A DNA stretch of 64,000 nucleotides from an uncultured Gammaproteobacteria bacterium (GCA_964651815.1 CAZYWG010000009.1:601-64600), one strand, 5' to 3'. Shown: positions 17,484 to 30,896, counted from the first letter of the stretch. The notes: generated from the letters alone by a model not told the origin. Program-made: numbers and translations.

Positions 17484-17957
17484 ATGAATGACAGGTTCTA
17501 TAAAGAAATAAAAGATTCAACTACGCTCACTCACGTTGCAGAAGGTTTGATTAAAGTTTTCAAGGAAGTAAGAACTGCAGAAAAGAGCGAAAAATTGGGC
17601 TATGTGTCGGGAATAATTACGTCTGATGGTAACAAAAAAATAAAAGATAACATGAATAGGCTCGAAAAATATACGATTGCCCTAAGAAACAAACTATCTT
17701 TCCCAGTTTTTTCTGGCGTAGATGTTTTTGAAGACAGAGTTTATAGCAAACTTGAGGAGCGAGAATTTGCCCGGGAAATGAGACAAAATCATTTCATAGA
17801 ATTTTGGCGAAAAGTCTTGCGATCCGGACACATTACAGACATTTTTATGACTCCAAGATGGGAAGAATCAGAAGGAGCACGGGACGAAATGGATATTGCA
17901 AAAAAGCAAAAAATAGAAATTCACTTTATTAATGAAGCGTTTCTTGCTTATGAATAA
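17484..17957 (+). CDS. Hypothetical protein, DUF4406/nucleoside deoxyribosyltransferase-like fold
   Basis: YVSGIIT...IFMTPRWEESEGARDE resembles DUF4406 (YISGP...W..S.GA..E). Confidence 0.55.
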   Translation: MNDRFYKEIKDSTTLTHVAEGLIKVFKEVRTAEKSEKLGYVSGIITSDGNKKIKDNMNRLEKYTIALRNKLSFPVFSGVDVFEDRVYSKLEEREFAREMRQNHFIEFWRKVLRSGHITDIFMTPRWEESEGARDEMDIAKKQKIEIHFINEAFLAYE

Positions 17958-19365
17958 ATTAAACGAACTAACATTAAAAGAATCGCTTGATGGTTTAAAA
18001 TCTAAAAAATTTTCATCAGTAGAGCTGACAAAAGCATGTCTTGATCAAATTGAAATTGCAGAACCAAAAATTAATGCATACGTAACTATTACTAAAGACG
18101 GTGCAATAGCTGATGCCAAAAGAGCGGACGAAACGCGTGCCGCAGGAATTGAAAAACCATTACTTGGTATACCTCTTGCAATTAAGGACAACTTTTCAAC
18201 CAAAGGGGTTAGGACGACTGCTTCAAGCAAAGTTTTGGACGAATACACTCCTCCTTTTGATTCAACTGTTGTATCAAAATTACAAGATGCCGGAATTGTT
18301 ATGCTAGGAAAAGCAAATATGGACGCGTGGGCCCACGGATCTTCTACAGAAACATCAGATTATGGCGCGTCAAAAAATCCATGGGATATTACTCGCATGC
18401 CTGGCGGCTCGTCCGGCGGAAGTGCTGCATCAGTTGCTGCTCAAGAGGCAATTGGAAGCATAGGATCTGAAACAGCAGGATCCATAAGACAACCTGCATC
18501 TTGGTGCGGAGTTGTAGGAATGAAACCAACATACGGACGAGTAAGCCGATATGGAGTAGTTGCAATGGCATCCTCGCTTGACTCTCCGGGACCAATAACA
18601 AAAACGGTTGAAGATTCTGCAATAATTTTGCAGGTTTTAGCAGGTCAAGACAAAATGGACGCAACTACTTCCCCTCTTCCAGTTTCAGATTATCTAAAAA
18701 ATTTAAACAAGGACATAAAGGGTCTAACATTAGGAATATCCGATGATTATTTTGAGGGTGTCGACGGTGAAATAAAAAATGCTATCGAAGAATCATACAA
18801 AGTGTTTGAAAAACTTGGTGCCAAAATTAAAAAAATCAAACTTTTTGATCCTAAATATGCAATCGCCGTTTACACAATACTGCAACGTGCTGAAGTTTCA
18901 TCTAATCTTGCGCGTATGGACGGAATTAGATTCGGCTACGATAGAACTTTTTTTGGTGATGAAGCGAAAAGAAGAATAATGCTGGGTACTTATACTCTCT
19001 CTGCTGGGTATTACGATGCATATTACAAAAATGCTCAGAGAGTAAGAACTATAATAATTGACGACTTTAGTAAGGCTTTCAAAGACGTTGATTTAATTCT
19101 AGCTCCAACAAATCCAGTTCCTGCTCTAAAACTAGGCGAGTCATCAAATAATCCAATGTTTGGAGAAATGATGGATGTCTTAGTTGAACCATCATCTATT
19201 GCAGGGCTTCCGGGAATCAGCGTACCCTGCGGCTTTACCAAAAGCCACCTGCCGATAGGAATGCAAATAATGGGCCCGCAATTTTCAGAAGAACTTATTT
19301 TAAATGCTGCTCATAAATACGAAGAAGAAACCGACTGGCACAAAATGAGGGCTAAATTAACATAA
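17950..19365 (+). CDS. gatA: Asp/Glu-tRNA amidotransferase subunit A
   Basis: Amidase signature GIPLAIKDN, PGGSSGGSAA, SIRQPAS, KPTYGRVSRYG, RRIMLGT. Confidence 0.96.
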   Translation: MNKLNELTLKESLDGLKSKKFSSVELTKACLDQIEIAEPKINAYVTITKDGAIADAKRADETRAAGIEKPLLGIPLAIKDNFSTKGVRTTASSKVLDEYTPPFDSTVVSKLQDAGIVMLGKANMDAWAHGSSTETSDYGASKNPWDITRMPGGSSGGSAASVAAQEAIGSIGSETAGSIRQPASWCGVVGMKPTYGRVSRYGVVAMASSLDSPGPITKTVEDSAIILQVLAGQDKMDATTSPLPVSDYLKNLNKDIKGLTLGISDDYFEGVDGEIKNAIEESYKVFEKLGAKIKKIKLFDPKYAIAVYTILQRAEVSSNLARMDGIRFGYDRTFFGDEAKRRIMLGTYTLSAGYYDAYYKNAQRVRTIIIDDFSKAFKDVDLILAPTNPVPALKLGESSNNPMFGEMMDVLVEPSSIAGLPGISVPCGFTKSHLPIGMQIMGPQFSEELILNAAHKYEEETDWHKMRAKLT

Positions 19366-19366
19366 T

Positions 19367-20728
19367 ATGAATTACAAACCGGTCATTGGACTTGAGGTAC
19401 ACGTAGAACTTAAAACAGAGAGCAAAATGTTTTGTGCTTGCTCAGCAAATTATTTTGGTGAGAAACCAAACACGCATACTTGCCCCGTTTGCCTTGGGTT
19501 ACCTGGGGCGCTTCCTGTCCCAAACAAAACAGCTATTGAATGGTGCATTATGATTGCCTTAGCTTTAAACTGCAAGATTTTAAACAATTCAAAATTTGAC
19601 AGAAAAAATTATTTTTACCCTGATCTTGCAAAAGGTTATCAAATTTCGCAATACGACGAACCGTTTGGCCTGGGGGGTTTTGTCATGGTAAAAAGCTCAT
19701 CTGAATCAAAAAAAGAAGATAAAAAAATCGGCATTACTCGTGTTCACATGGAAGAAGACACCGGGAAACTTACTCATGCAAACGTTGACGGAAGAAATGT
19801 TAGCCTTATTGACTTTAACCGCTCCGGCGTTCCACTTGTTGAGATCGTTACCGAACCTGATTTTGACAGCGCTTTCCAAGTGACACAGTACCTTCAAAAA
19901 CTTCAACAAATTGTGAGGTACTTAGACGTTTCAAACGCCGACATGGAAAAAGGGGACATGAGACTTGAACCAAATATTTCGTTACGAACTATAACTTCCG
20001 AAAATCAGACACTCGACAAGAATAATTTACCTAAGTACAAGGTTGAGGTAAAAAATATCAACTCATTCAAATTTGTTGCAAAAGCAATAGAAACAGAAAT
20101 CATTAGACAAAAAGAGATTCTTGAAGAAGGGAAAACTCCACCCCAGGAAACTCGCGGCTGGAATGAAGCAAAAAACAATACTGTCTCCCAACGCCTCAAA
20201 GAAGAAGCAAATGACTATCGATATTTTCCTGAACCAGATATTCCACCCATCCTGACAACAGAAAAAGAGATAACTGAAATCAGAAAGCAGATACCGGAAT
20301 TGCCGGACGACAAAAAGAAAAGGTTTGAATCAGAATATTCTATGACTATTTACGACGCCGATATTTTGACTCGAGAGAAAAATTTAGCTGACTACTTTGA
20401 AGAAGCAGTAAAAGTTGGAATCAAACATAAAGTTACATCAAAACAGATAGCAAATTACATAATTAACAAAAAACTGAATATTGAGAAGACTGTTCCTGCA
20501 GAACTGATTGAACTAATTATGTCTACTCAACAAACGGCTAGCATTAGCCTTGATGATTTAAAAAATGCAGTCGAACAAACGCTTCTTGCAAATCCCAAAG
20601 CTGTAGATGATTATAAAGCCGGAAAAATCCAAGTAATTGGCTTTTTAATAGGGAAGGTAAAACAACTTTTGCCCCAAAATTCATCGAGTGAGGCCGTCAA
20701 AGCTGCAATTGAACAAGCTCTGAAATAA
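19367..20728 (+). CDS. gatB: Asp/Glu-tRNA amidotransferase subunit B
   Basis: IGLEVHVEL, FDRKNYFYPDL, DFNRSGVPLVEIV, YRYFPEPD. Confidence 0.97.
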   Translation: MNYKPVIGLEVHVELKTESKMFCACSANYFGEKPNTHTCPVCLGLPGALPVPNKTAIEWCIMIALALNCKILNNSKFDRKNYFYPDLAKGYQISQYDEPFGLGGFVMVKSSSESKKEDKKIGITRVHMEEDTGKLTHANVDGRNVSLIDFNRSGVPLVEIVTEPDFDSAFQVTQYLQKLQQIVRYLDVSNADMEKGDMRLEPNISLRTITSENQTLDKNNLPKYKVEVKNINSFKFVAKAIETEIIRQKEILEEGKTPPQETRGWNEAKNNTVSQRLKEEANDYRYFPEPDIPPILTTEKEITEIRKQIPELPDDKKKRFESEYSMTIYDADILTREKNLADYFEEAVKVGIKHKVTSKQIANYIINKKLNIEKTVPAELIELIMSTQQTASISLDDLKNAVEQTLLANPKAVDDYKAGKIQVIGFLIGKVKQLLPQNSSSEAVKAAIEQALK

Positions 20729-20746
20729 GTGTTAAAATAAACACTG

Positions 20747-21529
20747 ATGTCAGATATAGGAACCCCAGAAAATGTAATCCCAATAACTAAAGCAACGAAG
20801 CTTCAAAAAGTTTACGACCAGAATTTTAATAGGGAAGGAGAAACTGCAATAAAACCAATTTTTTTTAGCGAAATAGATAGACGAGCAAGATCGGATACTG
20901 TAAGTCAACTTGGAAATGCAATTCAAAAAGAAAGGACCCGAGAAGCGTTAGATGAGGCGAGAACCGACCCGCTTACCGGCCTCAGAAATAGGTTGGGATT
21001 TGAAGATTCTCTTACAATGGCAATTGATAATACAAAAAAATTTGGGCACCCTTCATCCCTTGCAATGGGGGACGTAAATAATTTAAAACCCACAAACGAT
21101 GAAAAGGGTTATGAATTTGGAGACAAACTACTAATAAATGCCGGAGAAGGACTCTCGCAAGGTGACAAAAAAAATACCTCAAGATGGGGTGGCGACGAAT
21201 TCGGGAGGGTATTTAAAAATCAAACGGAAGAACAGGCGGCAGTAGTATTGAGAGAAGAAGTAGCCCCAGACCTTGATAGAAGAGGTGTTGAAATGGGTAT
21301 AGCTGTAATACAAATTGATGGTTCGAACGAGCAAAATAAAAAAGAAACTCTCAGACTTGCAAACAAAGTTCTTAAAATTGCAAAAAAAAGATCAAAAGCA
21401 GCAGGAAAAGTAATAGTCCTAAGACCAGCAGATTTAACAAATCAGGAAATATTAGAAGTAGAAAGTACTAACACTCAACAACCTCAAGCCGCAATAGAAC
21501 CGGCGGATGAACTTGAGAGTGTAGCATAA
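20747..21529 (+). CDS. GGDEF-domain diguanylate cyclase
   Basis: TDPLTGLRNR, D.NNLK.TND..G...GD, RWGGDEF intact; short helical N-terminus, no recognisable sensor domain. Confidence 0.85.
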   Translation: MSDIGTPENVIPITKATKLQKVYDQNFNREGETAIKPIFFSEIDRRARSDTVSQLGNAIQKERTREALDEARTDPLTGLRNRLGFEDSLTMAIDNTKKFGHPSSLAMGDVNNLKPTNDEKGYEFGDKLLINAGEGLSQGDKKNTSRWGGDEFGRVFKNQTEEQAAVVLREEVAPDLDRRGVEMGIAVIQIDGSNEQNKKETLRLANKVLKIAKKRSKAAGKVIVLRPADLTNQEILEVESTNTQQPQAAIEPADELESVA

Positions 21530-21533
21530 ATTT

Positions 21534-24500
21534 ATGGCGGATTTTGTACATCTTCACAATCACTCAGAATACTCTTTACTTGATGGACTTTCACGAGTTG
21601 GACAAATGGTGGAACGCGCAAAAGAGCTTGGCATGTCAGCAATTGCAATAACTGACCATGGTGCGCTTTATGGAGCCATCAGGTTCTACAAAGCGTGTAA
21701 AGACGCTGGAATAAAACCAATAATAGGTTGCGAAATATATATTACACCCGGAAGCAGGCATGATAAAACGGTTGACGATAAAGATTATAACCATCTCATT
21801 CTACTGGCGAAAAATCTTGCCGGCTATAAAAACTTGATGAAAATTGTTTCCATTTCTCATCTGGAGGGATTTTATTATAAACCCAGGACCGATATTGAAC
21901 TTTTATCCAAATATAGTGAGGGGCTCATTTGTCTGACGGCTTGTCTCAATGGTTATATTTCAGATCCTCTCATGCAAAATAAAGACGCTGAGGCCGCAAA
22001 AAGGCTCGAAAGACTTTCTGAAATTTATGGTGAAGATTTATACATTGAACTTCAAAAACACCCGGAAATTCCTGAGCAAGATGTTCTCAATTCACGTTTA
22101 ATCACCTTAGCCAAAAAATACGCGGTGCCAATTGTTGCAACAAATGATAACCATTATATAAGACACGAAGACGCGGAAGCGCAAGAAATTTTGCTTTGTA
22201 TAGGTACACAAACAACAATTGATACCCCAAATAGAAAACTATCTATGTTAAGTTCACCTGATTTTTATATTAAAAGTACAGATGAAATGCGCGCGATGTT
22301 TATAGAACATCCTGAGGCCATCGAAAATACTGTTAAAATCGCTGAAAAATGTGATCTTGAGATTGCTCTTGGAAAATGGATCATGCCAATTTTTGAAGTG
22401 CCGGAGGGAAAAAGTGCGGCAGATTATTTACTAGAAAAAGTTGACGAAGGACTTACACTTAGATACGGAAAAATCACTCAGGAAACTCGTGAGCGTGTGG
22501 ATTATGAATTGTCAATTATCATTAAAAAAGCTTACGAAGCGTACTTTTTGATAGTTGCGGATTTTGTAAACTGGGCAAAAGACAATGGAATTTCAGTAGG
22601 ACCAGGACGAGGATCAGCTGCAGGATCTGTTGTATCTTATGCTTTAAGAATCACCGACGTTGATCCTTTCTACTTTAATTTACCATTTGAGCGTTTTTTA
22701 AATCCTCTGCGTCCTTCCGCTCCTGATATAGATCTTGATTTTGCAGATATTAGACGTGATGAAGTTATTGAATACGTTACGTCAAAATACGGAGATGATA
22801 AGGTTGCACAAATCATTACATTCGGGACTATGGAGGCACGAGCTGCCGTTCGGGACGCAGGACGTGCTTTAGGAATGCCATATGCGGCACCGGACCGGTT
22901 GGCTAAAATGATACCACCAGGATGGCAAGGACACGCTATGACAATTAAGTCTGCTCTTGAGCAATCTGCTGACTTATCAGTTGCATATAGAACTGAGGCC
23001 GATACAAAAAGGCTTCTTGATCTTGCAAAAAAACTTGAAGGCGTTGCGCGTCATGCATCAGTTCATGCTGCGGGAGTCGTAATATCCGACAAACCGCTTA
23101 CAGAATATGCCCCACTTCAACGCGAGTCAAATGGGGATCGTGTTGTTACGCAATATGATATGTATACAGTTGGCGAAGACGGCGTTGGCCTTCTTAAAAT
23201 GGATTTTTTGGGGCTTCGAAACCTGACAATCATTGAAGAATCGCTCCGTTTTGTCCGTGAAAATCAAGAGATAGAGATTGACCTTTCAACTCTTCCGCTT
23301 GAGGATAAAAAAACTTATGACCTTCTTTCTAGTGGGGAGACTACCGGAATCTTTCAGCTAGAATCTCCAGGTATGAGGCGCTACGTTAAAGAGCTGCGTC
23401 CTACCTCAATTTTTGACTTACAAGCAATGGTTGCGCTTTACAGACCTGGGCCAATGGCAAATATTCCAGAATTTATTGCAAGAAAACATAACCCAACACT
23501 TATCACATACCCGGACCCAAGACTTAAAGATATTCTCATGCAATCATATGGCGTATTAACCTACCAAGATGACGTTTTGCTTACTGCTATTGCTCTTGCG
23601 GGCTATTCATGGCTTGATGCTGATAAATTTAGGAAGGCGATGGGTAAAAAAATTCCCGCAGAAATGAAAAAGCAAGAAGAATTATTTGTTAAAGGCTGTA
23701 TTGCAAACGGGTTGTCTGAAAAAAAAGCGCATGAATTTTATGAATTGATTGCCCCTTTTGCAGGATACGGGTTCAACAAAGCACACGCAGCGTGTTATGC
23801 AACAATTGCTTTCCGAACTGCTTACCTTAAAGCACACTACCCTGTTGAATTTATGACTGCTCTTCTCACCGCCGAATCACGCGGTTCAACGGGCCCTGCC
23901 CGTAATGAAAAAATTGCCCAAGCTATTGCCGAATGTAAAAGACTTGACGTCACAATACTTGCGCCCTCAGTAAATTATTCGCAAGCCGATTTTAGCATAG
24001 AGAACAAAACCAAAGTAAGGTTTGGGCTTTCCGCAATTAAAAATGTAGGGAGCGCTGCCATAACTACAATTCTAGAGGCTAGAAATACTGGCCCCTTTAC
24101 CTCACTTGCTGATTTTTGTGAAAAAGTTGACCTTCAAAAAGTAAATAAAAAAACTATGGAATCTCTGATTAAAGCCGGGGCAATGGATGAATTTGGAAAG
24201 AGGGCCGCGCTTGTTTCAATATTCCCTGATATTGTAGAGAAAATTTCAAGAGAACAAAAAGCACGAGACAGAAATCAATTTGGCTTATTTGACGGTGATC
24301 CCAAACCCGCAAAAAACCATTACGAAGCCAAAATTGGGGCAAACATTGAAGAGTTTTCTGAAAAGGAGAAACTCTTTTTTGAAAAAGAACTTTTGGGATT
24401 TTTCCTGACAAATCACCCACTAAACCAGAACCTTGTGGCCATTGCCAATCAAACATCCCATCAAATCGCAACGCTTCCTGAAGAAAAAGAAGGTACCAAA

Positions 24501-24749
24501 ATAAAAGTGGGTGGCATAATTGCAACTGTTAAAAAAATTATCACGCGTAAAAGTAATGCGGAAATGGCATTTATCACTCTTGAAGATAATGTTGGCTATA
24601 CCATAGAATGCGTGGTTTTCCCAAAAATATTCGACATAAATAAATATCAATTAACTAAAGATAATATTGTTATCATTGAAGGAAAATTAGACTTTAAAGA
24701 TGAACAGCCAGTTATTTTGGTTGATACAATCGAACGTCTCGCGTCGTAA
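21534..24749 (+). CDS. dnaE: DNA polymerase III alpha subunit
   Basis: PHP HLHNHSEYSLLDG, GRGSAAGS, PDIDLD, KMDFLGL, YGFNKAH, OB fold. Confidence 0.97.
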   Translation: MADFVHLHNHSEYSLLDGLSRVGQMVERAKELGMSAIAITDHGALYGAIRFYKACKDAGIKPIIGCEIYITPGSRHDKTVDDKDYNHLILLAKNLAGYKNLMKIVSISHLEGFYYKPRTDIELLSKYSEGLICLTACLNGYISDPLMQNKDAEAAKRLERLSEIYGEDLYIELQKHPEIPEQDVLNSRLITLAKKYAVPIVATNDNHYIRHEDAEAQEILLCIGTQTTIDTPNRKLSMLSSPDFYIKSTDEMRAMFIEHPEAIENTVKIAEKCDLEIALGKWIMPIFEVPEGKSAADYLLEKVDEGLTLRYGKITQETRERVDYELSIIIKKAYEAYFLIVADFVNWAKDNGISVGPGRGSAAGSVVSYALRITDVDPFYFNLPFERFLNPLRPSAPDIDLDFADIRRDEVIEYVTSKYGDDKVAQIITFGTMEARAAVRDAGRALGMPYAAPDRLAKMIPPGWQGHAMTIKSALEQSADLSVAYRTEADTKRLLDLAKKLEGVARHASVHAAGVVISDKPLTEYAPLQRESNGDRVVTQYDMYTVGEDGVGLLKMDFLGLRNLTIIEESLRFVRENQEIEIDLSTLPLEDKKTYDLLSSGETTGIFQLESPGMRRYVKELRPTSIFDLQAMVALYRPGPMANIPEFIARKHNPTLITYPDPRLKDILMQSYGVLTYQDDVLLTAIALAGYSWLDADKFRKAMGKKIPAEMKKQEELFVKGCIANGLSEKKAHEFYELIAPFAGYGFNKAHAACYATIAFRTAYLKAHYPVEFMTALLTAESRGSTGPARNEKIAQAIAECKRLDVTILAPSVNYSQADFSIENKTKVRFGLSAIKNVGSAAITTILEARNTGPFTSLADFCEKVDLQKVNKKTMESLIKAGAMDEFGKRAALVSIFPDIVEKISREQKARDRNQFGLFDGDPKPAKNHYEAKIGANIEEFSEKEKLFFEKELLGFFLTNHPLNQNLVAIANQTSHQIATLPEEKEGTKIKVGGIIATVKKIITRKSNAEMAFITLEDNVGYTIECVVFPKIFDINKYQLTKDNIVIIEGKLDFKDEQPVILVDTIERLAS

Positions 24750-24789
24750 AAAATAATTATCTTTTGAAAGTTTTTAAATCTTCACGAAA

Positions 24790-24833
24790 TAGTCAAAATC
24801 GGGATTGACTAACTTTTTTATATTCTATACAAT
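24790..24833 (+). promoter_or_regulatory. atp operon promoter TTGACT-17-TACAAT with inverted repeat TAGTCAA-N8-TTGACTA over the -35
   Basis: TTGACT 24805-24810, TACAAT 24828-24833. Confidence 0.6.
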
Positions 24834-24845
24834 ATGAATCGCCCT

Positions 24846-25592
24846 ATGGCAGCAATCTCGCTTGCACCCGAAGTTATTACTCACGTTGGAGGCCTCAAAA
24901 TCACCAACACTATTTTGTCAACACTCCTTGTTGATGTGGTTCTAGTGTCCTTTGTAGCACTCGTTGCAAAGAATCTAAAACCCGTTCCCGGAAAATTACA
25001 AACAATTGCAGAAGGTGCGGTGTCCTATTTCTATGATACTACTCTTCAGATTGCCGGAAAATATACTGATGTCATTTTTCCATGGTTTGCAAGCTTTTTT
25101 CTCTTTATTTTTGTGACAAATATATTAGGGCTTCTACCCGGCTTTGGGACAATTGGCTTTTTTGGACACGAAGGGAAAATCGCAACATTTGTACCTTTAC
25201 TCCGCCCTGGCACTTCAGACTTTAATTTAACGTTTGGGCTTGCTGTAACATCTCTTGTAATTACGCATTTTCTTGCTATTAAATACAACGGTATTTGGGC
25301 TTACCTTAAAAGGTATTTTTCTCTTAACCCAATTTTTCTTTTTGTAGGAATTCTGGAAATTGTTTCAGAATTTACAAAAATAATTTCGCTTTCTTTCCGA
25401 CTTTTCGGAAATATTTATGCTGGGGAAGTTGTAATTCATACCATCAATTCACTTTTTGCGTTTGTTGCACCTATACCATTCCTTTTGTTAGAATCAATAG
25501 TTGCGCTTGTCCAAGCGCTTGTTTTTTCTATGTTAACAATGGTTTTTATGACAATTCTAATTACACCACACGCGGAAGGAGGTGAGCATTAG
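24846..25592 (+). CDS. atpB: F0F1 ATP synthase subunit a
   Basis: SLSFRLFGNIYAGE, QALVF; ATG 24846 preferred because ATG 24834 abuts the -10 box. Confidence 0.95.
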   Translation: MAAISLAPEVITHVGGLKITNTILSTLLVDVVLVSFVALVAKNLKPVPGKLQTIAEGAVSYFYDTTLQIAGKYTDVIFPWFASFFLFIFVTNILGLLPGFGTIGFFGHEGKIATFVPLLRPGTSDFNLTFGLAVTSLVITHFLAIKYNGIWAYLKRYFSLNPIFLFVGILEIVSEFTKIISLSFRLFGNIYAGEVVIHTINSLFAFVAPIPFLLLESIVALVQALVFSMLTMVFMTILITPHAEGGEH

Positions 25593-25799
25593 ATGCAATT
25601 TACTCTCACGCATGGAGCAGTTATTGCTATCGGAGGATTTTTCCCGGCGCTTGCGATTGGACTTATAGGTCTCAAAGCAATGGAAGCAATTGGAAGGAAT
25701 CCCGATGCATCCAACAAAATACTACCAGCAATGTTACTAGCCATGGCTTTTGCTGAAGCTATCGCGATTTACGCTCTGATTTTAGCGTTCGTCGGATAA
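25593..25799 (+). CDS. atpE: F0F1 ATP synthase subunit c
   Basis: GRNP loop, FAEAIAIY with the essential Glu; SD GGAGGTGA. Confidence 0.95.
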   Translation: MQFTLTHGAVIAIGGFFPALAIGLIGLKAMEAIGRNPDASNKILPAMLLAMAFAEAIAIYALILAFVG

Positions 25800-25819
25800 G
25801 AAAATTCCAACTTTAAGTT

Positions 25820-26323
25820 ATGGAAATTTTGAATAATTTTGGATTTGAACCGGTATTTTTTGCCGCCCAAATTGTAAACTTTTTGATTCTCGCATTTGTA
25901 TTTAAAAAGTTCTTGTATAAACCTGTCTTGAAAATGCTCAAAGACCGCGAGAAAAAAGTTGCAAAGGGTCTTGCTGACGCAGAAAGCGCTGCAAAAGCTT
26001 TGGAAGCGGCCGATTCGGAAAAAGACAAAATACTTGCTCACGCAACAATTGAAGCAGAAAAAATAATAGACGAAACAAAGAAAAATGCGGAGTCCCTTAG
26101 GGTTGAGCTCCTAGAAAAATCCAGGTCTGATGCTCAAAAAATAATTAGTGAAGGGAAAACCGCAGCCGTAATTGAAATGAAAAAAGCAGAAGAACGCGTT
26201 CATGACATGGCTCTTGAGGTATCAAAACGTGTACTCTCAAAAATTTTGGATGAACTTTTTACCAAACAGGAAAAAGAGAAAATTTTAGCACGAGACATAG
26301 AAAAGCTTACTAAATATGAATAA
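25820..26323 (+). CDS. atpF: F0F1 ATP synthase subunit b
   Basis: AQIVNFLIL...YKPV...R, coiled coil; operon position. Confidence 0.93.
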   Translation: MEILNNFGFEPVFFAAQIVNFLILAFVFKKFLYKPVLKMLKDREKKVAKGLADAESAAKALEAADSEKDKILAHATIEAEKIIDETKKNAESLRVELLEKSRSDAQKIISEGKTAAVIEMKKAEERVHDMALEVSKRVLSKILDELFTKQEKEKILARDIEKLTKYE

Positions 26324-26657
26324 GGCTCACATTAGAAAACTTGCCCGTTTAACATTTGGAAAGGGAAAGATTGAAAGCAAATCGGCAAAATTTGTCATTG
26401 AAAATTTTACCAGAAAAGACTTAGCTACGTTTTCAAGGATTTTAAAAAAATTAATTTCGGAGACTACTGTAAGAGTTATTTCAGCTGATATTTTAAGCCC
26501 GATGTTTATGCAAAGAATCAAAAAAGAATTTTCTGACAAAAAAGTTTACTTTGAACAGGATAAAACAATTACTACTGGAATTAAGATCATATCAAATGAT
26601 ACAATTATTGATCTTTCAGTTGCTAATTTTCTTACCAGCGCAATTGAAAAGTTATAA
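26316..26657 (+). CDS. atpH: F0F1 ATP synthase subunit delta (short)
   Basis: C-terminal D.TITTGIKI...IDLSV motif; position between atpF and atpA. Confidence 0.8.
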   Translation: MNKAHIRKLARLTFGKGKIESKSAKFVIENFTRKDLATFSRILKKLISETTVRVISADILSPMFMQRIKKEFSDKKVYFEQDKTITTGIKIISNDTIIDLSVANFLTSAIEKL

Positions 26658-26669
26658 ATAACAAAAATT

Positions 26670-28184
26670 ATGGACATGCAGGAATTTTTAAAACAAATTG
26701 ATAAAAAGCTTGGAAGTGCTGATATTTCACCAAAGGCAGTTAATACGGGTGAGGTTTTATCTGTGGCTGATGGAATCGTCACAGTTTCGGGGTTATCACA
26801 AGCAGGGTTTGGTGAAGAAGTTGAGTTTGAAGATAAAACCCGGGGATTAGTTTTTAACCTTGATGAAGAGCAGGTTTCAATTATTTTGCTTTCTGAGAGC
26901 GACAAAATTGTTGAGGGAACAAAAGTAAAAACTACCGGAAAAATTTTGGGAGTTTTGGTTTCTGAAAGTTTGCTTGGCCGAGTTGTTTCTCCACTCGAAG
27001 AACCACTTGACGGAAAAGCGCTAAAATCTTCCGGAAAATTCTATCCACTTGAAAAGATTGCGCCAGGTGTCATAGCACGTCAACCAGTTGATACTCCTCT
27101 TAAAACAGGAGTTAAGGCAATTGATTCAATGATTCCTATCGGTCGCGGACAACGAGAACTTATCATAGGAGATAGAAACACAGGCAAAACGGCAATTGCA
27201 GTGGACGCCATAATTAATCAAAAGAAAAAAGATCTTGGACTAAAACAAGTAATTTGTATTTACTGCGCAATAGGACAAAAAAGAGGGAATATTGCAAGAA
27301 CTGTTGCAATTCTTGAAGACCAGAACGCACTTGAATACTCAATTGTTGTTGCAGCATCAGCGTCAGACGCTCCGGCACTTCAATACCTTGCCCCTTTCAC
27401 AGCAACTGCCATTGGTGAATATTTTATGGACCAAGGAAAAGATGTTTTGATAATCTATGATGATTTATCAAAACACGCTTGGGCTTACAGGCAAATTTCA
27501 CTTCTCTTAAGACGTCCCGCAGGCCGGGAAGCATACCCAGGGGATATATTTTATCTACATTCACGACTTCTTGAACGCTCGGCGCGCCTTTCTGAAAAAT
27601 CAGGTGGAGGATCAATTACCTCTTTTCCGATCATTGAGACACAGGCTGATGATATTTCAGCTTATATTCCAACTAACGTAATTTCAATAACTGATGGGCA
27701 AATATATCTCAAAACCGATTTATTTAATGCCGGAACACGCCCTGCAATAGACGTTGGACTGTCTGTTTCACGTGTAGGAGGAGCTGCTCAAACAAAATCC
27801 ATAAAAAGTATCTCAGGCCCTTTAAGACTTGACCTGGCACAATATCGTTCTCTTGCCGCTTTTGCACAATTTGGTAGTGACCTTGACGAGCAAACCCAAA
27901 AGCAACTTGACCGCGGTAGGCGTGTTGCAGAAATCTTAAAACAACCTCAATTTACACCATATGATGAAGCCTCCGAATTTATAAGTATTTACGCTGCTAC
28001 TTCCGGACTATTAGATGAAGTTCCTGTTGATAAAATTCAGACTTTTGAAGAAAAAGTCCATTCATATATTGGCGTGAAAAATAAAAAACTTGTTCAAAAA
28101 CTGTCAACCGGCGAAAAAATTGATGACAAAACAAAAAAAGAACTTGACCAAGAGATTAAAAACTTTATAAAAACACTAAAGTAA
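26670..28184 (+). CDS. atpA: F0F1 ATP synthase subunit alpha
   Basis: [34 protein letters not shown]. Confidence 0.97.
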   Translation: MDMQEFLKQIDKKLGSADISPKAVNTGEVLSVADGIVTVSGLSQAGFGEEVEFEDKTRGLVFNLDEEQVSIILLSESDKIVEGTKVKTTGKILGVLVSESLLGRVVSPLEEPLDGKALKSSGKFYPLEKIAPGVIARQPVDTPLKTGVKAIDSMIPIGRGQRELIIGDRNTGKTAIAVDAIINQKKKDLGLKQVICIYCAIGQKRGNIARTVAILEDQNALEYSIVVAASASDAPALQYLAPFTATAIGEYFMDQGKDVLIIYDDLSKHAWAYRQISLLLRRPAGREAYPGDIFYLHSRLLERSARLSEKSGGGSITSFPIIETQADDISAYIPTNVISITDGQIYLKTDLFNAGTRPAIDVGLSVSRVGGAAQTKSIKSISGPLRLDLAQYRSLAAFAQFGSDLDEQTQKQLDRGRRVAEILKQPQFTPYDEASEFISIYAATSGLLDEVPVDKIQTFEEKVHSYIGVKNKKLVQKLSTGEKIDDKTKKELDQEIKNFIKTLK

Positions 28185-28233
28185 TTAAATAATAGAAACT
28201 AGTTATCTAGAAACTAGGAACAACTAAGCAAAT

Positions 28234-30869
<2,636 letters not shown>

Positions 30870-30896
30870 GTGCCTAATAAGTAATCTTTACTCACT

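Noticed and set aside
27764-27779. parS-like TGTTTCACGTGTAGGA inside atpA
   Set aside because: 13/16 match with a broken right arm, explained by codons of the conserved SVSRVG motif.
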